Shown: positions 27,607 through 37,005 of the stretch, piece by piece
Layout: every line of letters begins with the position of its first letter
Position numbering within the stretch: the first letter of the stretch is position 1
Assembly (NCBI GenBank): GCA_964496425.1
Contig: CAZBZO010000003.1
Coordinates: 55,728-119,727, forward strand
Direction of reading: 5' to 3'
Length of the DNA: 64,000 nt
Source: an uncultured Candidatus Saccharibacteria bacterium
GTDB lineage: Bacteria > Patescibacteriota > Minisyncoccia > Phycocordibacterales > UBA9973
Notes under the pieces: generated by a model
Database searches by the model: none
Seen by the model: the letters and a program-made list of their open reading frames with translations, nothing else
What the model was told of the DNA's origin: nothing
Made by a program: the position numbers and the translations under genes

Positions 27607-28659
27607 TTATTGAGCACTCGCTGATACGGCACCGTTTAAAATCGGCGCACAAACACTGTTGAGTGATGCCCGAGTCAGCGGCCCAACAATGCCGATCGGA
27701 TCAATACCGTGAGCAGATTGATATTCGCGAAGTGCTTTGTCAGTTATGCTGTAAAAGCCACCCGTAATCGGCGTGCTCGCACCATAACTTGTCGTCACTG
27801 CACGCAAACACAGTTGGAGGCGTGTTACTTCAGGATGCGTTGAACCAAACAAAAGTGTGGTAGTGAAAAACCCACCCGGAAAAACTGAAGAAGGGAGTGC
27901 GGTAAAAGAAAGTGTTTGGCCCACAAACGGAACGAGTCCTGGTGGAGTGAGGCCTGTTGGTCCTGATGAAAAACGATAGTAATACGTTGTCCCTGGAACT
28001 AAATTGGATAGCGCGGCCGTATATCGTGTACTACCATCAGGATTTGCGACGAGTGCCATGATCGGCTGAGCAAAGGCATAATTACCCAATGCTAAAGACG
28101 TGCCATAGTCGAAGTGAAATTCTTGTGGATTTGGTATTTGAGAATTTATTTGTGGAAAAAAAGCACCATTGATAAAGGCGGAAGTGGTGGTGAGATTGGT
28201 TGCAGGCAGTGTTTGAATGCCGATTACACTATTTCCAAATGTAGTAAATGTAAATGTATTGCCGTAAAAATAGGCAGTTTCAGTACTGTTTTGCAAACGC
28301 CAACTTACAACAAAACGATAATAGTAGGTTGTGCTCGATTGTAAATTGGTAAGTTGAGCATTATACATAGAGCGACCATCAGTGACCGGAACGAGTGTCG
28401 GTACTGGTTGTGCAGTGACTTCATTCCCAAAAGAATTGGTGGGGCCGTATTCGAAATAAAAACTACTCCACAAAACTGGGTTCTGGGGAGTTGAATCTGC
28501 AAGCATTCGATAATAATCCCCTGACACATATGCGCCCGTAGACGTTACCCCGCCGGCAGTGCCAGTAACAGCAGGATACGGATAAGAATTGGCGAAGACG
28601 GTTGAACTTATGAGTAGAAAACTGAAGCTCAAAAGGGATATAACAGTGGTTTTTTTCAT
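27607..28659 (-). CDS. Secreted protein with two FN3-like repeats and peptidoglycan-binding domain
   Basis: Signal peptide; two FEYG/FDYG...L.NL...TTYYYR units; EV..LQ..L..., T..A...YQ..HGI...GIVGP.TR..LN. Confidence 0.8.
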   Translation of the reverse strand: MKKTTVISLLSFSFLLISSTVFANSYPYPAVTGTAGGVTSTGAYVSGDYYRMLADSTPQNPVLWSSFYFEYGPTNSFGNEVTAQPVPTLVPVTDGRSMYNAQLTNLQSSTTYYYRFVVSWRLQNSTETAYFYGNTFTFTTFGNSVIGIQTLPATNLTTTSAFINGAFFPQINSQIPNPQEFHFDYGTSLALGNYAFAQPIMALVANPDGSTRYTAALSNLVPGTTYYYRFSSGPTGLTPPGLVPFVGQTLSFTALPSSVFPGGFFTTTLLFGSTHPEVTRLQLCLRAVTTSYGASTPITGGFYSITDKALREYQSAHGIDPIGIVGPLTRASLNSVCAPILNGAVSASAQ

Positions 28660-28751
28660 CTGGTTTATAGGTGTTATTAGCTTATAGTAGGTAAGACGCA
28701 TGAACGAACCTCTATCTGACGCAATGAAATATACCATGATAAAATGAGATC

Positions 28752-29861
28752 ATGAAAAAAATGCACTTCGGTACGACACTCATCCTCTTCGTAGGGATTA
28801 TGGAGATCGCTTCGTGGATCATACTCGAAGTCGCGCGTGCAGTTGGCTTTCTTCCCCCTTCATCAGTTTCTATTCTCCCTACGATTCTTTTTATATGTAT
28901 GCCGCTGGTATTTATTTTCACGATGGCAATCGGTATGAAACATTACAGCACGTTTCTAGTAATTGCTTACACAAAAAGCGTTATGTGGCTCGGCGCTTTT
29001 TTATTTTTCTTTTGTGGCGCCATACTACTCTGGCTTTTATATCTCATAGAAATATTTGTAGGAATTGAGATGCCGCTTATAGTACTCGCCTGGATCATCA
29101 CCCTCAGCACAATCATTTGCCTTTCCTATGGCATATGGAATGCCTCACGTCCGCGCATCACCAAGCGAACAATATCTTCTATGGCACTTTCAAAAGATTG
29201 GAAAGACAAAACAATGGTGCTGGTATCAGATATACACCTCGGACTTATTCGACAAGGAAAATTCTTGACTAAAGTGGTGAATCTAATTAATGCCCAAAAT
29301 CCTGATATTGTTTTTATCGCCGGCGACATTATCGATGGACCGAAATTCCCCTATGAGAACGAGCTAGCACCATTAAAAAACCTCCGCGCTCCGCTTGGAG
29401 TGTTTTACACACCAGGCAATCATGAAGCCTACAACCAAGAGCCAAATCAATGGAAACCGCTTGTTAAAGCGGCAACAAAAATGCTTGTTGATGAAAAAAT
29501 GCTCGTGAATGGTACGCAAATCATAGGACTTGATTATGCTTCAGAGACTCCGTCGGAATCCACAGCAAAGCTTTTACATACCGGTTTTGATAAAACTATT
29601 CCTTCGATTGTCATACTTCACGATCCTAGGCATGCAAAAGCGCTTCAAGAAGCTGGGGTTTCCCTCGTGCTCTCCGGCCATACGCACCGCGGACAGTTTT
29701 TTCCTATGACAATAATCGTAAAACTTATCTATAAAAAGTACACCTATGGACAAACAGTATACAAAGGAAATACGAGCATCACAACTTCAGGTGTCGGCAC
29801 AGCGATGACGCCAATTCGCTTAGGGACAAATCCTGAAATCGTAGTAATCAAGATTGTGTAG
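28752..29861 (+). CDS. Membrane-bound metallophosphoesterase (YkuE-like)
   Basis: N-terminal TMs; SDIH, GDIID, GNHE, SGHTH.GQ. Confidence 0.9.
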   Translation: MKKMHFGTTLILFVGIMEIASWIILEVARAVGFLPPSSVSILPTILFICMPLVFIFTMAIGMKHYSTFLVIAYTKSVMWLGAFLFFFCGAILLWLLYLIEIFVGIEMPLIVLAWIITLSTIICLSYGIWNASRPRITKRTISSMALSKDWKDKTMVLVSDIHLGLIRQGKFLTKVVNLINAQNPDIVFIAGDIIDGPKFPYENELAPLKNLRAPLGVFYTPGNHEAYNQEPNQWKPLVKAATKMLVDEKMLVNGTQIIGLDYASETPSESTAKLLHTGFDKTIPSIVILHDPRHAKALQEAGVSLVLSGHTHRGQFFPMTIIVKLIYKKYTYGQTVYKGNTSITTSGVGTAMTPIRLGTNPEIVVIKIV

Positions 29862-30735
29862 CACTCCACCTTGCAAAAATACCCGCAGGCAGGAGACGAT
29901 CTGAGCTTTCTTCAGCAATAGTAAGTTCGCCGATTTCAGTTTTTCCCTTCCATTCTTTCATCAGATCTTTCAGATTATTTTCATAGGCAATCGGTGAATA
30001 CCCAGAGGCATATCCATTGATGAGAAAGAAAAGTGGCTCATCAGAAAGCACCTGCTTACAGAGTTGAAGCAGCTCACCAAAATGCTCTTCGATCTTCCAG
30101 AGTTCCCCTTTTGGCCCATGGCCGAAAGATGGCGGATCCATAATGATGCCGTCATAACGCACGCCTCGTTTTACCTCACGGCGTAAAAATCCACGAGCGT
30201 CATCGAGGATCCAACGAATTGGGCAGTCGGCAAGCCCCGACAATGCTGCATTTTTTCGCGCCCACGTGATCGCCATAGAACTACCATCAAGATGCACTAC
30301 TTCTGCACCAGCTTGAGCGCATGCGAGCGTCGCACCGCCAGTGTAGCCAAATAAATTTAAAACTTTTGGCTTTTCATTACTCCTTGATGATTTGTAATGT
30401 GTAATTATTTCCTTCATCCAGTCCCAGTTGGGTAACTGCTCCGGGAAGAGCCCGGTATGCTTAAATGACGTTGGCCGAATCTCAAATAGCAGTCCGCCGA
30501 AATCAATTGTCCATTCTTTTGGTAAGGTTTTTTTCTTTTTCCATTCAGTGGTTTTGCCACTTCGCACAAAAATGGCGTCGGCGTTTCCCCATTCTTTTTT
30601 CTCTAGTCGCTTGGGCCAGAGGGCTTGCGGATCAGGCCGCGCAAGCACAAACTCTCCATAGCGCTCGAGCTTTTCGCCATCACCGGAATCAAGGAGGCTG
30701 TAGTTTTTTTCACCGTGGGTTTTCGTGACTTCCAT
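29848..30735 (-). CDS. SAM-dependent methyltransferase (RlmI/YwbD-like)
   Basis: KHTGLFPEQ, VLNLFGYTGG, DPPSFG; start uncertain (30735-30744). Confidence 0.85.
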   Translation of the reverse strand: MEVTKTHGEKNYSLLDSGDGEKLERYGEFVLARPDPQALWPKRLEKKEWGNADAIFVRSGKTTEWKKKKTLPKEWTIDFGGLLFEIRPTSFKHTGLFPEQLPNWDWMKEIITHYKSSRSNEKPKVLNLFGYTGGATLACAQAGAEVVHLDGSSMAITWARKNAALSGLADCPIRWILDDARGFLRREVKRGVRYDGIIMDPPSFGHGPKGELWKIEEHFGELLQLCKQVLSDEPLFFLINGYASGYSPIAYENNLKDLMKEWKGKTEIGELTIAEESSDRLLPAGIFARWSATQS

Positions 30736-30777
30736 ACTCATCACTCTAGCAAGTTATGCTCTGTTTTAAAAGCGGAG

Positions 30778-30825
30778 GTAGATAAAAAGAAAAATCCTCA
30801 TATGAGGATTTTTCTTTTTATCTAC
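30778..30825. terminator. 48-bp perfect palindrome / terminator
   Basis: GTAGATAAAAAGAAAAATCCTCAT|ATGAGGATTTTTCTTTTTATCTAC. Confidence 0.75.
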
Positions 30826-30830
30826 AGTAA

Positions 30831-32135
30831 TTATTGGATCTTTGAGAGACCGCTATATTCTTGTGGACAACTCTCGACAATCAATTCTTCATACGCCATC
30901 GGGATTACGACTGCATCGATCGCATCATCTTCATTTAGACTGTGGTCGGATCCAGGAAAACATTGGAAGTAGCTCGGAACACCGAGCACACTCAGCGCTG
31001 CCGTGAACACTTCTCCTGTTGCACACGTCCATCCATGCGTCAGATCAAGACCACCTAAAAATAAAACTGTTGGCGGATCTTTTGCATCAGCCAAGGTATT
31101 CGTAGATACCATCGGTGCACCAGAGTTACTTTTTGCCATACAGCTCCATGAGGGCACGATATCCCCATTGGAATACGTTGCATTGGTTCTGTTTATGAGC
31201 GGATCAGAAGTTGGGAACCAGTTTGTACTATCAAGATTATCGCCTGTGGTCGCTGCTTCCAGAGCAGTAGTGCCTCCAGCCGACACACCGGCAAGCATAA
31301 TTTTGTTTGGATCAATACGATATTCGCTGGCATGGAGGCGAGCGAAACGTATGAGAGCATGCATATCTGACGTAGCACGTTTTTGTTCAGTTGATGAAAA
31401 CCCGGGAATACTATTGTCATTTCGGTAAATTCCCGACATACACACATACCCGAGTCTTGCTGCTTGTCCGCACGGAGCAGCTCCTCCTTCAGCTGTCCCG
31501 CCGCCGCCTGGGAAAAATATTTCAAGCGGACGATTGGTTGCTGTATCAGAGAGTGGTGGAGTATAAAGATCAAATGTGAGATTAGTGGAAGCAATAGTAG
31601 AATACGTGATTCCCGAAGTAACTACAATTTCTGATTCATCAAAAATTTCATTGCAATAGCGGACAGCGCCTGACGCTCCGGGGTTGGTACATGTAAGGGG
31701 TATATATGATGAATTAACAGTAAATATCTCACTCGTACCGACAGTCAAAGTGGCCGATGCAACAGTAACATAGTAACTCCCCGGAGGTGTTGAAGTAGGA
31801 TCTATGGTTACTGTGAGGGATTTATTATTGACTGTTGCGGTAGTCCCTAACACAGTAGCAAAACCAGAACCTGCCTTAATAAGACTTACCGTATATGGCC
31901 CAGGAGCATCACACGCAGACCATTTCACAGCAAAAGAAGTCCCAGCTGTAATAACAGTTGCAGCAACTGGTTTTTTGATTGTCACCGACGGAGGAAGGCC
32001 CACACACTGCGCTGGACCAGCCATAAAACCAATACCTCGACTTTGGCTCGCAATAATAAATATACTAACAATGATTATCACTAGTAATAACAGGAGCAAT
32101 AACGGATTATTTGACGGGTCTTTAAAAAATCTCAT
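30831..32135 (-). CDS. Membrane-anchored alpha/beta hydrolase with Ig-like spacer
   Basis: TM, Ser/Thr-rich Ig-like domain, FPGGG, GVSAGG nucleophile, D and DHS residues. Confidence 0.8.
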   Translation of the reverse strand: MRFFKDPSNNPLLLLLLLVIIIVSIFIIASQSRGIGFMAGPAQCVGLPPSVTIKKPVAATVITAGTSFAVKWSACDAPGPYTVSLIKAGSGFATVLGTTATVNNKSLTVTIDPTSTPPGSYYVTVASATLTVGTSEIFTVNSSYIPLTCTNPGASGAVRYCNEIFDESEIVVTSGITYSTIASTNLTFDLYTPPLSDTATNRPLEIFFPGGGGTAEGGAAPCGQAARLGYVCMSGIYRNDNSIPGFSSTEQKRATSDMHALIRFARLHASEYRIDPNKIMLAGVSAGGTTALEAATTGDNLDSTNWFPTSDPLINRTNATYSNGDIVPSWSCMAKSNSGAPMVSTNTLADAKDPPTVLFLGGLDLTHGWTCATGEVFTAALSVLGVPSYFQCFPGSDHSLNEDDAIDAVVIPMAYEELIVESCPQEYSGLSKIQ

Positions 32136-32242
32136 ATTAAATTACGATATTAGCTTAATTATTAATTTCACTCTACGAGTATATATACGTACAAGGCGTC
32201 TATTTGTAACTTTGATTCGACACCATCTCACCAGCAAAATTG

Positions 32243-32285
32243 ACTCAAAACAAAAATCTCCGGATAGGAGATTTTTGTTTTGAGT
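32243..32285. terminator. 19-bp stem hairpin
   Basis: ACTCAAAACAAAAATCTCC-GGATA-GGAGATTTTTGTTTTGAGT. Confidence 0.75.
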
Positions 32286-32301
32286 ATCTCTAGATCATTT
32301 C

Positions 32302-33333
32302 CTATTGTGAACACCCTTTGACTATCATTTCTTCATAGGCCGCCGGAATTACGACTGCGTCAATTTCCTCAGCGTGACCTAAACTGTGATTGGTATCTTC
32401 AAAACATTGGAAATAGCTTTGGATTCCAAATCCTACAAGAAGGTCATTGAAGACTTGGCCGGTCGTACACGTCCATCCATGAGTTACGTCGTCTTCACCC
32501 AAAAACAGTGAGGTACGAGGATCACCGGCATCAATCAAAATATTTGTTGATTCCATGGGCGCCCCAGAATTACTTGTCGCATAGCAACTCGCTGATGATA
32601 CAACACCAAATTGATTGTCTCTATTGACAGCCAAGTCACTCGCAGAAAACCAATTGACGTTATCGAGATTGTTCCCGGAAATAGCAGCTTCGAGGGAAAC
32701 AGTGCCGCCAGCTGATATACCACTTAACATTATTTTATTTGGATCAATTCCAAAATCACTCGCATGAATCCTAATATAGCGAAGAAGTGCAAGTGCGTCG
32801 CTCGCTGCATGTTTTTGTTCTGCGGAGCTAAATCCTTGTGGAGGGTTGTCGTTTCTATAGTCTCCCGAGAAGCAGACGTATCCAAGGCTTGCATATTGTT
32901 TACAAGGACCAACACTCGTCTCATCAGATCCGCCTCCGTGAAAATTTATAACAGCGGTCCGATTTTTCACTGTATCAGAGGCTGGTGGAGCATAGACATC
33001 CATCTTAAGACCGTAGGTTGAAGAAAAAACTATTCCTGAAGTAATGACTACATCGAGTGGATTAAAGATTTCATTACAATAACGGAGTGTGCCCGCTACG
33101 CCAGCATTGCTTGCATTACAGTCTACTCCCGGCTCAGTTCCAGGAACTACAACATTTATTCCTGTTTGCACGTTATTATTAACAGGAGCAATAACTGTAT
33201 CTCTTTTGTTGAAGACACGACCAAGGAGACCCCCATTTGTTCCTCCGGCGATAAACACACCAGAAATTACAATAAGTGCCAAAAGAAAAAAAACTTTTAC
33301 AGAATCATATGATTGGTCTTTAAAAAATGGCAT
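32302..33333 (-). CDS. Membrane-anchored alpha/beta hydrolase (paralog of 30831)
   Basis: FHGGG, GISAGG, SNSGAPM, THGWTC, NHS; clear similarity to the neighbouring gene. Confidence 0.82.
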   Translation of the reverse strand: MPFFKDQSYDSVKVFFLLALIVISGVFIAGGTNGGLLGRVFNKRDTVIAPVNNNVQTGINVVVPGTEPGVDCNASNAGVAGTLRYCNEIFNPLDVVITSGIVFSSTYGLKMDVYAPPASDTVKNRTAVINFHGGGSDETSVGPCKQYASLGYVCFSGDYRNDNPPQGFSSAEQKHAASDALALLRYIRIHASDFGIDPNKIMLSGISAGGTVSLEAAISGNNLDNVNWFSASDLAVNRDNQFGVVSSASCYATSNSGAPMESTNILIDAGDPRTSLFLGEDDVTHGWTCTTGQVFNDLLVGFGIQSYFQCFEDTNHSLGHAEEIDAVVIPAAYEEMIVKGCSQ

Positions 33334-33437
33334 ATATACTCTTTGTTATGGTTTCTAATATAGAAAGTATAAATCTATCTCATGAACATGTCAACAACGC
33401 TGCGTAAACTGACAGCATATGTACCAAGCTAAAGTTC

Positions 33438-35213
33438 CTACGCACCGATTGTTATTTCGGTAATCGAATACGGACGAATCATTACCTCTTCGAGGGTGAT
33501 ATATGACGTCACGCCTTCCACAACAATAGGAGTAAATAGATCTCCATGACCTTTTTCGCCATACGTAGAGGTAAGACTTGTCCCATGCATATCTTTTGAA
33601 GTAATAACTCCAGTTCCAATAAGTGGTACGCCACCAATTGAAAATGATGTAAGCGGAATATTACTTCCTCCTCGATTGATAATATACATACGCAGACCAC
33701 CAGTCGGGTTTGCAAATGCATATGCTCGTACAATACTCCCAAAACCTGCAGTCGTACTTTGTACCGGCGAAGCGACTAAACGATAAGTGCCATCAAAAAG
33801 ATCGCGGAGAAGCGCATAGGCTTGCCACGGTTCGCGTTTTACAAATGCTCCCTTGCCGCTCCCTTCCATGACGACGTGTCCGCTATCGCTTGAGTTTGGG
33901 ATCGTATCACCGATCATATTGCGAATACTACCGCCGCCGCCAAAATTCATAAAGCTAGCATTTTTTACTATTGCGCCGTGCTTTGCATCATACTCAGCAA
34001 GTGTGAGTAAGAAATCCGCCACATGAATAGCATGAAGCATAGAATTGTTGAATGTCACATCGGTTGAACCACCTCCTGGTGTATCAGAAAAATTACGCGT
34101 AGAAATATTGTACTGTCCGATCCAGATTGATTTGCCAGGAAACAAACTCCGCATACTATCGAGCGATGCCGGCAAGGTCACATGACGAAAGGTATCTGAA
34201 TAAATATCCATACAGGCGTATGCAGCTTTTGTAAGTCCTGAACAATCCACGTCTTCAGGTCTAATCCACGCATACATGATTACGCCATCGTACCAGCTTG
34301 AATCAGCACCCAAGCCTTCATTCCAATCTTTACCTCTCCCAGCTTTCGTGGGGAGCGCTGGATGAACAGTAATAGTAATACTTGGGTATGCAGCGCGGAT
34401 CGCAAGCGCAACTGGCTTGGCGCGGGTAATATAGTCGGCAACAGTCGGATACACGGCCCGCATATCTTCACTTCCGAGATGATTCTCTGCTCCGAGCTGT
34501 ACTGAAACTATTTTTACGCCTTTGGCTTGAGCATCGGATAAAATAGCCAAATTTTCACCTATGGCTTCTTGCGCAGAACCTTGGGTCATAATATTGAGCG
34601 AAATCATACCAACACTTCCGGTATTTTGAAGCAACTTGATATATTTATCATAAAATCGATACGACAGTGTTGTTGTCCAGGATGCTTCCGGATCTTTTTG
34701 AGGACTGGCATTAAACGCATTGACCTCGCTTTGAAGTACTCCTAAGCCATTTCCTTCTAAAAGATGTGTATAGTTTGCTGTAATACCCGGGACAAACCGC
34801 AAGAGATTGATGCCTCCATCAGTCACCATTTTATAAAATGCCGATGTATCGGTTTCCATATTTTCAAATGTGCTATCGATACCTGAACCCGGAAGCGTGG
34901 CGGGTATCGCTTCCCCTACGACAGGCCATACACTCTGCAAAGCAGATGATTGTGGCGAAAAAATTTTGGTCAGTGATGTGGAGATTACGGGATCATGTGC
35001 ACTATTTGAACCTGTAAAAAAATCCTCGACGGCGTTTTTTGCTTTTTCCCCGATTGACGTAAGTCCCGTGCTCGGCAAAGTAGCATCGGAAACACTTTCC
35101 TCTACAACCGGGGGGAATGAATTTTTGGATATCCCACCGGAACGAGTGGCTCCATACCCAATGAGGGCGAGGACGAGACAAACACATAGTATAAAAATCT
35201 CAGTACGATCCAT
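33438..35213 (-). CDS. Membrane-anchored GH-A clan (GH51/GH79-like) glycoside-hydrolase-fold protein
   Basis: LLRFVPG, VQLGAE (xNE-like), IWIGQYN (IWxTEYN-like), C-terminal beta-sandwich ending PYSIT. Confidence 0.55.
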   Translation of the reverse strand: MDRTEIFILCVCLVLALIGYGATRSGGISKNSFPPVVEESVSDATLPSTGLTSIGEKAKNAVEDFFTGSNSAHDPVISTSLTKIFSPQSSALQSVWPVVGEAIPATLPGSGIDSTFENMETDTSAFYKMVTDGGINLLRFVPGITANYTHLLEGNGLGVLQSEVNAFNASPQKDPEASWTTTLSYRFYDKYIKLLQNTGSVGMISLNIMTQGSAQEAIGENLAILSDAQAKGVKIVSVQLGAENHLGSEDMRAVYPTVADYITRAKPVALAIRAAYPSITITVHPALPTKAGRGKDWNEGLGADSSWYDGVIMYAWIRPEDVDCSGLTKAAYACMDIYSDTFRHVTLPASLDSMRSLFPGKSIWIGQYNISTRNFSDTPGGGSTDVTFNNSMLHAIHVADFLLTLAEYDAKHGAIVKNASFMNFGGGGSIRNMIGDTIPNSSDSGHVVMEGSGKGAFVKREPWQAYALLRDLFDGTYRLVASPVQSTTAGFGSIVRAYAFANPTGGLRMYIINRGGSNIPLTSFSIGGVPLIGTGVITSKDMHGTSLTSTYGEKGHGDLFTPIVVEGVTSYITLEEVMIRPYSITEITIGA

Positions 35214-35262
35214 GACTAGAGTATACTACGCGCACGCTTTGCTAGAGTGACAATAGAAGTTG

Positions 35263-35568
35263 TTATTTCGCTCTTCGACGTTTTTCTCTTCGGACAAAAA
35301 ACGTAGTTATGACCACCGCAAGTGCAGTAACAACTATGGAATAGAGGAGTTTTTGGCTCAACTCTTCTGTGGGACCAAATATAAAATGAAAAACTTCACG
35401 CAAAGTTTCATCCCAGGCGAGCGCAGTGATAAGTCCGAGTGATGCCACAAGGAGAGTAAACACGTGGTTGGAAAACTTATTGCCAAGCTCGACCACGGTC
35501 GTACCTTCGATTTGTTTTAATAATTCATCTCCGCGGATATGCCGCGAATGTTCATTGATTTCTTGCAT
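35263..35568 (-). CDS. DUF5654-like small membrane protein
   Basis: ASLGLITALAWDE, LLYSIVVT. Confidence 0.7.
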   Translation of the reverse strand: MQEINEHSRHIRGDELLKQIEGTTVVELGNKFSNHVFTLLVASLGLITALAWDETLREVFHFIFGPTEELSQKLLYSIVVTALAVVITTFFVRREKRRRAK

Positions 35569-35635
35569 AGAAAAAGTATAACAAAAAGTCCGGCAGGATA
35601 CACCTGCCGGACGCATTAGATTTTAGTGTGCAAAA

Positions 35636-36865
35636 CTATCGAATAATTGCAAATATACTCTGGTAATCATCCGCAACAATAGCATACAATCCGCTCGAAA
35701 GTGATTCGGTATTTATTTGTAAGCGTGAACCAATTCGCGATAATGGTACATACCTCTGTACTCCTAATAAAGAATAGACTTTCGGGATTTCATCTCCAGG
35801 AATATCGCCTACAATGAAGTCTCGCGCGGGATTTGGATAAAACTGAACGGAAAATATTTCCGGAATATTATTTGCTGCATCAAGTCGCAACAAATTTTTC
35901 CCGCCAAAATATAAATCCCCGGCAAATACTGTCGCACACCCGACTCCTTCGAATTCACTCTCCTCTGAAGTAACGGATGCCCAGAGGAAGCCGTCGTATG
36001 AAGAAACATAATGGGTATGCAACACACCATTCACATCGGCAAAATCACCAGCAGTATAGAGTCGATCGTCATATCCAATCATTACTTTTGGTAAACTTTC
36101 TGAGAATGTGCCTATGGTTTGCCAATTCGTTTCAGTAATTCGCTTTTTGATAACAAAAATATTTTCAAATTCTCCAGCCAAATAGAGAGACGCGTTCCAG
36201 ATATAGGCCGAGGAAATAAAACTATTTGGAGGCACTTCAAAATTGATCCAATAATTCCCAGATATCGACCAAACAGAAAAATTCTGTGTAGATAAACCTT
36301 CCGAATCATAGACAACATACACCAAATCACCTTCAATGATAATTTGTGTGACATTACCAATAGGACGAAGTGAATCGCCAAGCATTGTATTTACTCCACC
36401 GTTTGCATCAACAATGGCGATATACGGTGAGCGAATACCATTCACAGTATCAAATGCCCCACCATACATCATTGATGAACCGATCGCTGCCATAGTGTAT
36501 ACAAGACCGTTGGTGCTGTCCTTGTAATTTAGGAAAGATTTTGTCTGTGGGTCCACTTTTTTAATATGTGGTTTCGCACCAACAGACACCAGGTGCTCAC
36601 CTGTAGAAGTCCCTGCCTGCTCAAAACAAATACCAGCCGGGAACCCGACTATCGCAGTATTGGGAATACCGGCAGAATTATATTCCGCATAATTTATACA
36701 ACTCGTTTTTTGGCTACCAGAAAAATATCCGGCAGCAGAGAGAAGTGTGTCATTGAGATTGAAAAGCGATCCAATAATCCCATTATATGAGTCTTTCTGG
36801 TCAATTTGTGCCGAAACAGCACCTGCTGCTAATGTAGCCAGCGAAAGGAGAAGTAACTTTTTCAT
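35636..36865 (-). CDS. Secreted beta-propeller-like protein with T9SS type A C-terminal domain
   Basis: Signal peptide ...VSA|Q; repeated LY.(A/G)G.F blades; FYPNPARD...YSLLG...INTESLSSGLY. Confidence 0.75.
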   Translation of the reverse strand: MKKLLLLSLATLAAGAVSAQIDQKDSYNGIIGSLFNLNDTLLSAAGYFSGSQKTSCINYAEYNSAGIPNTAIVGFPAGICFEQAGTSTGEHLVSVGAKPHIKKVDPQTKSFLNYKDSTNGLVYTMAAIGSSMMYGGAFDTVNGIRSPYIAIVDANGGVNTMLGDSLRPIGNVTQIIIEGDLVYVVYDSEGLSTQNFSVWSISGNYWINFEVPPNSFISSAYIWNASLYLAGEFENIFVIKKRITETNWQTIGTFSESLPKVMIGYDDRLYTAGDFADVNGVLHTHYVSSYDGFLWASVTSEESEFEGVGCATVFAGDLYFGGKNLLRLDAANNIPEIFSVQFYPNPARDFIVGDIPGDEIPKVYSLLGVQRYVPLSRIGSRLQINTESLSSGLYAIVADDYQSIFAIIR

Positions 36866-37005
36866 AGTTTTAATTTTTAAAGTGAATGAATTACTTAAAC
36901 TATATGAAAAAATGTACCCACCTTGCAAGTACATGGTAAAAATAGGCATACAGAAAAATTCGAAGCTTTGCAGGCTTCGACTTTTTCTGTAGGTAATGTT
37001 AAAAC

